DNA of 64,000 nt from an uncultured delta proteobacterium (GTDB taxonomy: Bacteria; Desulfobacterota; WTBG01; CAIYCZ01; CAIRTM01). The translations under genes were made by a program, and so were the position numbers. Positions 19,442 to 28,000 of the stretch are shown here, piece by piece; positions within the stretch are counted from its first letter, which is position 1; each line of letters starts with the position of its first letter. The stretch is taken from NCBI GenBank assembly GCA_903881505.1, contig CAIRTM010000011.1, forward strand, positions 5,612 through 69,611, given 5' to 3'. The notes beneath the pieces were generated by a model. The model was not told the DNA's origin, searched no databases, and saw nothing but the letters and a program-made list of their open reading frames with translations.

Positions 19442-20104
19442 ATGCTAAGTGAAAAGCTGGTTGAAATCATGGAAGCGATCTGGTGCGCCGCGGAGAACAG
19501 GCTCTACACCCGCGACGCCATCAGGAAAAGCTGTACGGTTTCATTCGATGAGCCTGACCTTGACACACTGCAACAGCGCGGCCTGATCACAAAAAGCGGC
19601 GATACAATTCTGTTTACTGAATCCGGCAAGGCCGAAGCAGAGAGCATTATGCGCCGCCACCGCCTGGCCGAAGTGCTGGTCACGAGCATCCTGAAACTGA
19701 AAAAAGCCGAAATGGAGGAAGTGGCCTGCCAGGTTGAGCATGCGCTGCTGCCCGAGGTCGAGGCCGCTATCTGCACGCTGCTGGGGCATCCCGAACTGTG
19801 CCCGGACGGGCGCCCGATTCCGCGCGGAGCCTGCTGCCGCAATTTGCAGAAAACCGTCAGTACCACGGTCGTGAGCCTTGCCGAGCTCGGCGCCGGGGAA
19901 AGCGGCCGTATCACCTATATCAAGCCGGAAAATCATGCGCGCCTGCACCAGCTGCTGTCCTTCGGCCTGGAACCGGGTGTTACCGTAACCGTGCTGCGCA
20001 CCACCCCGGCGCTGTGCCTGATGTTTGAAAACACCGAGCTCGCCCTTGACCGCGATATCGCCGGCAGCATTTTCGTCTGGAAGGCTGAAGGCAAAAAACT
20101 ATAG
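19442..20104 (+). CDS. DtxR-family metal-dependent transcriptional regulator fused to a C-terminal FeoA domain
   Basis: N-terminal wHTH plus a metal-binding region (RRHRLAEVLV...CQVEHALLPEVEAAICTLLGHPELCPDG). C-terminal FeoA/SH3-like segment GESGRITYIKPENHARLHQLLSFGLEPGVTVTV. Confidence 0.75.
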   Translation: MLSEKLVEIMEAIWCAAENRLYTRDAIRKSCTVSFDEPDLDTLQQRGLITKSGDTILFTESGKAEAESIMRRHRLAEVLVTSILKLKKAEMEEVACQVEHALLPEVEAAICTLLGHPELCPDGRPIPRGACCRNLQKTVSTTVVSLAELGAGESGRITYIKPENHARLHQLLSFGLEPGVTVTVLRTTPALCLMFENTELALDRDIAGSIFVWKAEGKKL

Positions 20105-20214
20105 ATCTCAGGGAACGCTTTTTTTGATGGATTAGGCCGTTTTTTTGTTTTATAAGTACCGGTATCTGACGGGTAGTACACACCGCACACGGACTCTCTG
20201 GAAAGGCATCGCAC

Positions 20215-21201
20215 ATGGCGGTACTGGTTGTCGGCGGCGCCGGCTATATCGGATCACATGCCGTGCGCGCGCTCGCGCGCGCCGGACGCCACGTGGTCGT
20301 CTTCGATAATTTCGAGAAAGGGCACCCGGAAGCCGTGCGCGGCATAAGCGTTTTCAACGGCGACCTGCGCCGCCCCGCTGATGTGGCTGAAGTTTTTACA
20401 CAGCATGCCATCGAAGCGGTCATGCACTTTGCAGCCTACAGCCTGGTCGGTGAATCCATGCAGTGTCCCGAACGCTATTATCAAAACAATGTCTGCGGCA
20501 CGCTGAATCTGGTCAGCGCCATGCAGCGCTCCGGCATCAGGCATTTCATTTTTTCATCAACAGCGGCAACCTACGGCGAGCCGGAATATGCGCCGATCGA
20601 TGAAGCCCACCCGACCCGGCCGACCAACGTCTACGGAGAGACAAAGCTCACGATCGAGCGCATGCTGGACTGGTTTGGCGCGATATACGGACTGAAAAGC
20701 GCGCGGCTGCGCTATTTCAACGCCGCGGGCGCCGACCCGGCCGCCGATATCGGAGAGCTGCACGATCCTGAAACGCACCTGATACCCCTTGTTTTGCAGG
20801 CTGCGCTCGGGGAACGGGAAAGCATCTCCGTGTACGGCACCGATTACGATACGCCCGACGGCACCTGCGTGCGCGACTACATTCACGTGAACGACCTTGC
20901 GGATGCCCACATCCGGGCCCTTGATTACCTCGAGGCCGGAAACCCCTCCGATATGTTCAACCTGGGCAACGGCAGCGGCCACAGCGTCCGCCAGATCATC
21001 GATATCGCCCGCGCGGTCACCGGCCGCGATATTAAAGTGATCAACGCCGGCCGCCGCCCCGGCGATCCTGCAACCCTGATCGCCTCCTCGGCAAAGGCCA
21101 TGCGCGTTCTGGGATGGCAGCCGAAACTGCACGACATTGAAACCATTATCCGGACCGCCTGGGCCTGGCACAGCCGGACGGCGAAAACATGGAATACCTG
21201 A
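20215..21201 (+). CDS. galE: UDP-glucose 4-epimerase
   Basis: VVGGAGYIGSH Rossmann motif, YGETK catalytic motif, 328 aa. Confidence 0.9.
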   Translation: MAVLVVGGAGYIGSHAVRALARAGRHVVVFDNFEKGHPEAVRGISVFNGDLRRPADVAEVFTQHAIEAVMHFAAYSLVGESMQCPERYYQNNVCGTLNLVSAMQRSGIRHFIFSSTAATYGEPEYAPIDEAHPTRPTNVYGETKLTIERMLDWFGAIYGLKSARLRYFNAAGADPAADIGELHDPETHLIPLVLQAALGERESISVYGTDYDTPDGTCVRDYIHVNDLADAHIRALDYLEAGNPSDMFNLGNGSGHSVRQIIDIARAVTGRDIKVINAGRRPGDPATLIASSAKAMRVLGWQPKLHDIETIIRTAWAWHSRTAKTWNT

Positions 21202-22046
21202 TGCGCGCGATCAGCAGCAGCCATATAACTGAAACCGTGGCACGGCTGTGCCGGGAGGCAAATCACGTTCTCGGCGATGACGTCCTGGGCCTGCTCAAAC
21301 AGGCACGTGCCACGGAGGTCTCCGAAACCGGCCGGGAGGTCCTCGCCCAGATCATTGAAAACGCCGCCATTGCCGCTGAAGCGCCCCTGCCCCTTTGCCA
21401 GGACTGCGGCACCGCGGTGGTGTTTGTTGATATCGGACAGAACGTACGCGTTGAAGGCGACGATATAGAAAGCGCCATACAGGCGGGGGTTGCCCGCGGC
21501 TACCGTGACGGGTACCTGCGCATGTCCATGGCGGCCCGGCCGTTCAGCGCGCGTGAAAACACCGGCAACAACACCCCGGCGGTTATCCACTACCGGATGG
21601 TGCCGGGCGAACGGCTGTCGATCACGGTTGCGCCCAAGGGCGGGGGCAGCGAAAACATGAGCCGATTTATCGTGCTCAAGCCCGCGCAGGGGCGCCCAGG
21701 TGTTGTTGATTTCGTGGTGCAGGCGGTGTCGGAGGCGGGCGCTAATCCATGCCCGCCGCTGATCGTTGGAGTCGGCATCGGCGGCACCGCGGAGCGGTGC
21801 ATGGAGATTGCCAAGCGGGCCCTGCTGCGGCCGGCCGGACAGCCCTCACCCGATCCGGAAACAGCAGAACTCGAAGCTGAACTGCTCGATCGCATCAACG
21901 CGCTCGGCATCGGGCCCCAGGGCCTGGGAGGCAGCATAACCGCACTCGCCGTACACGTTGAAACCCATCCCGCCCACATTGCCAGCCTGCCGGTTGCGGT
22001 CAATCTGCAGTGCCACAGCGCCCGGCACAAGGAAGCCGAGTTGTAG
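21189..22046 (+). CDS. Class I (Fe-S) fumarate hydratase / tartrate dehydratase alpha subunit
   Basis: The CQDCGTAVVFVDIGQ motif typical of Fe-S hydro-lyase alpha subunits. 285 aa. No beta subunit lies adjacent in the window. Confidence 0.75.
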   Translation: MEYLMRAISSSHITETVARLCREANHVLGDDVLGLLKQARATEVSETGREVLAQIIENAAIAAEAPLPLCQDCGTAVVFVDIGQNVRVEGDDIESAIQAGVARGYRDGYLRMSMAARPFSARENTGNNTPAVIHYRMVPGERLSITVAPKGGGSENMSRFIVLKPAQGRPGVVDFVVQAVSEAGANPCPPLIVGVGIGGTAERCMEIAKRALLRPAGQPSPDPETAELEAELLDRINALGIGPQGLGGSITALAVHVETHPAHIASLPVAVNLQCHSARHKEAEL

Positions 22047-22216
22047 CAGACAAACCGGTCAAATTTCTAAAAATATTTTTTTTTGCGGGCTGTTCAAAAA
22101 AGCACAGATGCAAGGCGCGCGAAGTCACGAGGAATGAGGCGTACTTTGCCGTACGCCGCAGTGACGAATGATGAGCGCAACGCAGCAGACGGGCGTTTTT
22201 CAACAGCCCGCCGCCG

Positions 22217-22411
22217 CTACCAGGAATTGGTCGCTACTCCCGCGCACATGCTGACAAAACCGACAACGGTCATCAGCCAGGCGACGCCCAGCACGGTTCC
22301 TACCGCTGTATCGGTATAGTTCCTGATACGCAGTGCCGGGGCGATCTTTGTAAGGATGGTGATGCCTGCAAGGAAAAGGATGGTGCCGTCGCGTACGAGA
22401 TGCTCAAACAT
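22217..22411 (-). CDS. Small putative membrane protein (64 aa)
   Basis: Two hydrophobic segments (ILFLAGITILTKIA, GVAWLMTVVGFVSMCAGV). No homology was recognised. Confidence 0.35.
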   Translation of the reverse strand: MFEHLVRDGTILFLAGITILTKIAPALRIRNYTDTAVGTVLGVAWLMTVVGFVSMCAGVATNSW

Positions 22412-22522
22412 GCCGTTCTCTCATGAAATGTGTTTGCAAGACCCATCCCCTGTTAGTCAGTATAGGCTTGCCGCAGGGACGTGTCAAGGAAATCAGCAGT
22501 AAATCAGCAGATACAAGGATGG

Positions 22523-23011
22523 CTATCGGACGGCCTGAAAACGGAAGCGGCAGCAGCCGTCAACCGCACAGTACATGCGCGCATGTTCAACGGTCATGTC
22601 AGGGCAAAACTCGCGTGCGAACGTGCCGTATTCACGCGAGCAGATCACATCCGATATGCGGTCGAGAAACTTCTCACGGCCGGCCTTCCTGATATGACGC
22701 ACCCAGGGGCATTCGCGAACGGCAAGCGTAAAGCCCTCAGGACTGCAGGGCGACAGTTCGAATCCGTACTGCTCGGCCTCGAGCTTGAACTCAAGCGCCC
22801 GGCACAGGGCCTCAATGCCGTCTCCTGTTTCGAGCAGGCCACGGATGGTGCGCGCCTCGATCTTCGGCAGCACCTCCCATACCGCGGCGTCGAGCGCGAG
22901 CGCCTTTTCGAAATCAGCGTCCTTTTCGACCGCCATGAACCACAGGCCGTCAACGCTCACGAAGCACTTCCTGAAATAATCGGCGACGAGTTTCTGATCC
23001 TGCATCTGCAC
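22523..23011 (-). CDS. Hypothetical Cys-containing cytosolic protein (162 aa)
   Basis: A clean ORF with normal codon usage. Cys pairs CSPEGF..CPW and CAVDGCC. No confident family assignment. Confidence 0.5.
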   Translation of the reverse strand: MQMQDQKLVADYFRKCFVSVDGLWFMAVEKDADFEKALALDAAVWEVLPKIEARTIRGLLETGDGIEALCRALEFKLEAEQYGFELSPCSPEGFTLAVRECPWVRHIRKAGREKFLDRISDVICSREYGTFAREFCPDMTVEHARMYCAVDGCCRFRFQAVR

Positions 23012-23022
23012 CCTTTCTGATG

Positions 23023-23223
23023 TTATGAAATCAGCAGCGAAAACGCGATCAGGCTGCCGAACATAATAATAAAAATAAGCTGAATGGCTTTTATGTCGTT
23101 GCGGCGCTTATTGTCATCATCATAGGTGACGTAGCTCACTATGAGCCGCGCAAGCAGATATGCCAGCACACAGCCGGCAAAAAGGATCAATTCGACAATA
23201 TACTTTTCAACAAAACAGCTCAT
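23023..23223 (-). CDS. Small membrane protein (66 aa) in low-GC DNA. Possible orphan immunity-like gene.
   Basis: Two TM-like segments, an AT-rich sequence context unlike the flanks, and a position immediately beside the IS element. Confidence 0.35.
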   Translation of the reverse strand: MSCFVEKYIVELILFAGCVLAYLLARLIVSYVTYDDDNKRRNDIKAIQLIFIIMFGSLIAFSLLIS

Positions 23224-23283
23224 GGAAAAAACAGGGGCCGTTGCCCTAGATTGCTCCTGAATCGTTATCGTTCACTTATCCAG

Positions 23284-24386
23284 ATAGGGGACGTCCATAA
23301 ATTAATAAATAATTTTCAATCTAGCAGCTTGCATTTCAATTCTGCGGCCGTCTGCTCCCCGCGACGGCAAGCAAACACTATGGCTGGCTGCGTCAAACCA
23401 TATCGCTCGGCTAATGCCGTTCCGGATACACCCAGCTCATGCACTGCCCAGTATATGGCAAGACTGCGGGCTTCCACACGGCGCCGATCCCGCCCCTTCT
23501 TCCTTACTTCTTCTGCCGGCAGTCCCATTACTTCCGCTACCCGCCGTTCAATCTTATCAATGTCATAGCCCCGGCGCTTTAATTCATATCCCCGGCGGCA
23601 TGTCTCCTCTGCACGCGATAGCACCTGTTCAACAAAATCACTGTCTCCCAGTATCCGCACATCGCTCTTTACACGGTCCTGGCCTTGCAAGCGGATTTTT
23701 TTGACAGCATCCCAGCCGCCCATGCTCCGAATCAATCCGCCGCCAACCAGCTCCGGCCGCCTGCCATGTTCAATCCCCTGAGCAATAAACTGTGAATACT
23801 GTTTCCGCGCCATTTGTACCTTTTTGCCGAACATGTTGACCACATAGCCTGTCTGCTGCCAGGTGTAAGCTTTCTCTCCTATCAGGGCGCTGTGCCCAGC
23901 GTATGCGTACTTGTCCAGCTGCTTCATTGTTCTTACAATACCGGCCCTTAACGGATTTAAATGAATATAGCGGACCAGTTCCTTCAGATAGATATCCTCC
24001 TGGCATATAATTGATTTATACCGATTCTGAAACAGCTGACCGTGACGGTTATACTTACGATTGAAATATCCGGAATACCCAGTCAAAAGCCTCCTCATAA
24101 GCGTTGCCAGACCCACATCGCCAGTACGCAAAAGTAAATGCGCATGGTTGTCCATCAGTGCCCATGCATAGCAGCTCGTGTTGCTGGCCACAAGAAACTG
24201 CCCCAGCCGCTGAATAAACCACTCCTTATCCGCTGAAGTGCGAAAAATCTTTTTGCGCTCAATCCCCCGGAAGATAACGTGATGCACTACACCGGGTGCG
24301 TCCAGTCGGGCTACTCGTGGCATGCAAACACTTCTATCAAAGCACATCCCTTCCGTCAATTTATTAATTTATGGACGTCCCCTATA
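23284..24386 (-). mobile_element. IS200/IS605-like insertion element bounded by perfect 26-bp terminal inverted repeats
   Basis: ATAGGGGACGTCCATAAATTAATAA at 23284..23309, and its reverse complement at 24361..24386, flank the transposase gene. Confidence 0.75.
23316..24323 (-). CDS. IS200-like Y1 (HuH) transposase fused to a DnaA domain-IV-like C-terminal HTH
   Basis: ORF track (23316..24359, TTG start). The likely start is MPRVARLDAPGVVHHVIFRG. HuH motif MDNHAHLL and catalytic Tyr region FQNRYKS. The C-terminal RSLAIYWAVHELGVSGTALAERYGLTQPAIVFACRRGEQ resembles the DnaA C-terminal DNA-binding domain. Confidence 0.8.
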   Translation of the reverse strand: MPRVARLDAPGVVHHVIFRGIERKKIFRTSADKEWFIQRLGQFLVASNTSCYAWALMDNHAHLLLRTGDVGLATLMRRLLTGYSGYFNRKYNRHGQLFQNRYKSIICQEDIYLKELVRYIHLNPLRAGIVRTMKQLDKYAYAGHSALIGEKAYTWQQTGYVVNMFGKKVQMARKQYSQFIAQGIEHGRRPELVGGGLIRSMGGWDAVKKIRLQGQDRVKSDVRILGDSDFVEQVLSRAEETCRRGYELKRRGYDIDKIERRVAEVMGLPAEEVRKKGRDRRRVEARSLAIYWAVHELGVSGTALAERYGLTQPAIVFACRRGEQTAAELKCKLLD

Positions 24387-24536
24387 TTCTCCCCGGTTTC
24401 CTTGGCAAGAGTTCCCATACGACTAATAAAGTTCCTTCGGTCTTCTTCATCCCGGACTATCAGGCCCTTTTCTATACCTCTGATAATCACGTGATGCAAG
24501 GTTCCCGGCGCATCCAGCCTTGGCCCTCGTGGCATT
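24387..24536 (-). pseudogene. Truncated N-terminal fragment (~49 aa) of an older copy of the same transposase, interrupted by the intact element
   Basis: Manual translation MPRGPRLDAPGTLHHVIIRGIEKGLIVRDEEDRRNFISRMGTLAKETGE, then the reading frame runs into the right IR. A degenerate IR-like AACGTCCCCTAT sits at ~24607. Confidence 0.55.
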
Positions 24537-24661
24537 GACTCTTCCTTCCCTGTGCCTGTCGGTTTGATCCCTGCAGCATACTAACGTTTGTGTACTTTGT
24601 TAACAACGTCCCCTATCATGCACACTCTATCTTTTCCCTCAACCGATTCGGCGCAAAATCT

Positions 24662-25015
24662 TTATTTCTTTAAAAATGAGATTAAAAAAAGACTGGCTGA
24701 ACCTAATAGAACAATTCCCAAAATTGCAGCCGGAATCATATAATACAAAGCACCCGCCATTTCATCCAAATTTTGATTAATCATATAAGCAGCTATGCAT
24801 ATTAGTTCAAAAAAAACCAAGTGCCCCACAGAATGAATGGTGAATTTTGTATTAAAACAAAGAGGCATTGCAATCGAATATAAAATAGCCAACACTGAAA
24901 ACAGAATGAAAAAAAGCATGAGATGCCCATCTTTGCCTCTTGTAACGGCGTAAGATGCGATGACCAATAAGGTGCCAAACCAGTATAAATTGAAAATCTT
25001 CAATAGTGATTTCAC
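24662..25015 (-). CDS. Putative immunity protein of the Rhs toxin (117 aa, polytopic membrane protein)
   Basis: Its start overlaps the Rhs stop. Low-GC codon usage matches the toxin C-terminal domain. Four hydrophobic helices. Confidence 0.6.
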   Translation of the reverse strand: MKSLLKIFNLYWFGTLLVIASYAVTRGKDGHLMLFFILFSVLAILYSIAMPLCFNTKFTIHSVGHLVFFELICIAAYMINQNLDEMAGALYYMIPAAILGIVLLGSASLFLISFLKK

Positions 25016-28000
25016 CAGATACTCCCCATTGCTTTAATTTGGTTAATCGCAGGATTTTTTGAAACAATTATATCTGGAGCTGGTGCAAGATCAGGCCCAT
25101 GAATATTTGTAAAGAAGTCTGCTGAAAGCATATAATCCGAATGATTATATTCATCAAAAGGCTTATCATGTGGCAATATATATTTGCCCATGGTTTCATC
25201 TGGAGCAAATTTTCTATTCGTTATCCAACCAAGTTCCTGAATTTTTGCGATCTCATCTCCTTTTGCACCAATTCCGCCTTTAAACCATGCCCATTCATCA
25301 TTGGGGGACCAGTAATTATACGTTTTTCCCCGAATCTGAGATAGAGCCTTTAATAAATCATTCGTTTCTGAATTGAACGGGAGTACATCCAGAGGACTTC
25401 CCATCATGATAAAAGTATCCACCTTTGATCCACCTTGTAGAGCAGCAAGGCTAATTATTGTACCTTGACTGTGGGCAATAATACTAATAGGTTCACAACT
25501 TTTTTCTTTTTCCTTTATGCTATTCAAGAGATTTAAAATTCTTTTTAACCTATCAACACTAACCATCATGTATTTTCTGTTCGAATCTCGCATGCCCGCA
25601 ACGCTATCTGTTGCATAATTAGGCTGTCCACCTTGTTTTCTTGACAAGCCGAACGAAGTAGATGGATCCCCCCATTTAAAAGGAATTATTTCCTGAATAT
25701 TCTGCCCAGTAGAATTCCAATAGGCCTTCAAACCCTTTTCCGCAGTACTAAACCATGCAGCATCGGTATTTACACCATGAACCAATACAACGACATCACC
25801 TAAAGGATCGATGCAATCATTGGTATTATTAAAAACAAAATTATATAGATTGACACCCCCTGCTTCCCCCATCGGGTCTCTATTCAACCACCGTCCAAGT
25901 ACCGGGCTGTAATATCTGTAGCCATAATAATAGAGCCCCGTCTCAGCTTCGAGGTACTTTGTGGAAAAACGGTACGGGTTAGCTTCTGCCAACAAGCCAT
26001 TAGAATTGATGGTATTCCCGAAGGGATCGTATTCGTAGTGTGCGGCGATAATGCCATCAGTGTCTACAAGCTGGCCGACGTTGCCGTTGGCGTCGCAGGT
26101 GTAGTAGTGTGCGTTGTCGCTGATACGGGTAAGCAATCCGCCGATGCCGCCTGCGCCCTGGAGGGTGCCGGAGAGGTCGAGGCCCCAGACGTACAAAACA
26201 GAAGTCTGAAGTCCAGGGTTCGAGGTCGGAATAGAAACTTCACAGATAAGATTCCAGCCGTCGTAGAGGAAGCGGGTGTCGGAAGCAGCAGACCAGGAAT
26301 CGGCGTTGTAGTCAAACACCTGCTTTTGCACGCGGCGGCTCATGTAGTCGTAGGTGAAGGCGACCTTGCGGGTTCCGGGAGCAGGGGTTTGCGGTTCGAC
26401 AGAGATAAGGCGGTTTTCGGCATCGTAGGTTAAGGCGGTGCGCACGGCGCCCGCTACACTACCTGCGACCAGATTGCCGTCTTCGTCGTAGTGCAGGTCA
26501 TCAGTAACCGGCGCGCCCGCGTTCGTGGTGATCTGTGTGTATTGATTGAGCGGATTCGGGTCGTAGGTGATCTGCTTCGTCAATGCTTCGATTGCCGATT
26601 CGCGATTGCCGATATTGTCGTAGGCGAAGGTGCGGGCTTCGGCGTTGACCGGGGTGGTGGTGTCGCCTGTGTCGGTTCCGATGTAGCTCTGCGATCCAGT
26701 CAATTCACTGCGTGAGTTGTAGCCGTAGAGGTTGAAGGCGGCCCGGTCAAAGGCTGCGCCGGAGTTTTTAACGCTGGTCCTGCGGCCCATGCTGTCGTAG
26801 GCGTATGCATAATTTGAAATAATTTGCGCATTGTATGCGTTTTCAATGTTTGTTCGTACATTCCTGTTAGGTTCATAGCTGTAGGTTGTTATCAGACCTC
26901 TGTCGGTCGTGGTGCTCTGCAGCAGATGTGAATTCGGCACGTATGAATACACAGCATTGCCGGACAGGCTGTCGCCAGTCCAGCCTACATTGATAAATCT
27001 GCCGGTGGGGTCGTAGGCGTAGGTGATGTCATACCCAGCACCAAGAGAAAAACCGGAAGAACGGCCTAACCCGTCGTAGTCTCGAGTGATGGTTTCATTC
27101 ATAAGCCCGGTCATGGTTTCTGTTTCAAGCTGCAGGGCGCTGTTATAGGCAAATGTTCTGCTGCCGGCTGCATCACTCACGGTCTTCTGCCTGCCGAGAC
27201 GGTCATAAGAGAACTGCACATCGGGCGTGGCATCGGAATAATCAATTGCCGCAAGCTCTCCGGTTGCGGGATCATAATTATAGCTGGTGACAATCGTTCC
27301 GCCTTCGCGCGCCCAGGTGCGGCTTGCAAGCCTGCCGCCTGATGCGTAGGTATAGGCAACCTGCTTGCCTTCAGCATCCTGCTTTGCCTTGAGCAGCCCG
27401 GTTGCCTCATCATAGATCCACAGGGTTTCATCGCCTGATGCCCCTGCGGGGAACGTTTCGCCGTCAAAGCCTGCGCCTTCGCGGTAAGTGAGCATACGCG
27501 CAAGCCTACCGTAACCGTCATACTCATAGCTCACCGGATAAGTGGCGCTGCCCCACTGACGGGTGATCTGGCCCTGATTGTTGTAGCTGTAGCGCACGGT
27601 TGTGTTGTCAGGATTGGTCTCGGATATCTTCTCGCCGGTCGCCGAATTATAGTTGTACAGCGTGCGGTTACCGGCTGCATCCTGCACCCAGGCGACCCGG
27701 CCATGCGAGGTGTAACCTGTTGTGCTTCTGCCCGTGCGTGGATCGGTCAGGCCTACCCTTCTGCCAAGATCGTCATAGGCATAGGTCAACGTCACTCCGC
27801 TTTTGCCCGTGCTTGACATGAGCAAACCGTTCACGCTGAATGACACCGCATCGATGGTGCTGTCAGGATAATCAACCGTGGCGGTTTCAGTGCCCGCAGC
27901 CCGGTTGATTACGCTCCTTGATACCACCCGGTTGCCGAGCGTGTCAATTGAAACATTCTCGCTCACGAGCCCGCCCGAGCCAAGCCCGGTAAAGCGGCTT

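Noticed and set aside
24852-25067. Alternative 71-aa ORF overlapping the immunity gene in another frame
   Set aside because: It overlaps both the Rhs stop region and the better-supported immunity ORF, which begins exactly at the toxin stop codon. There is no independent start signal.
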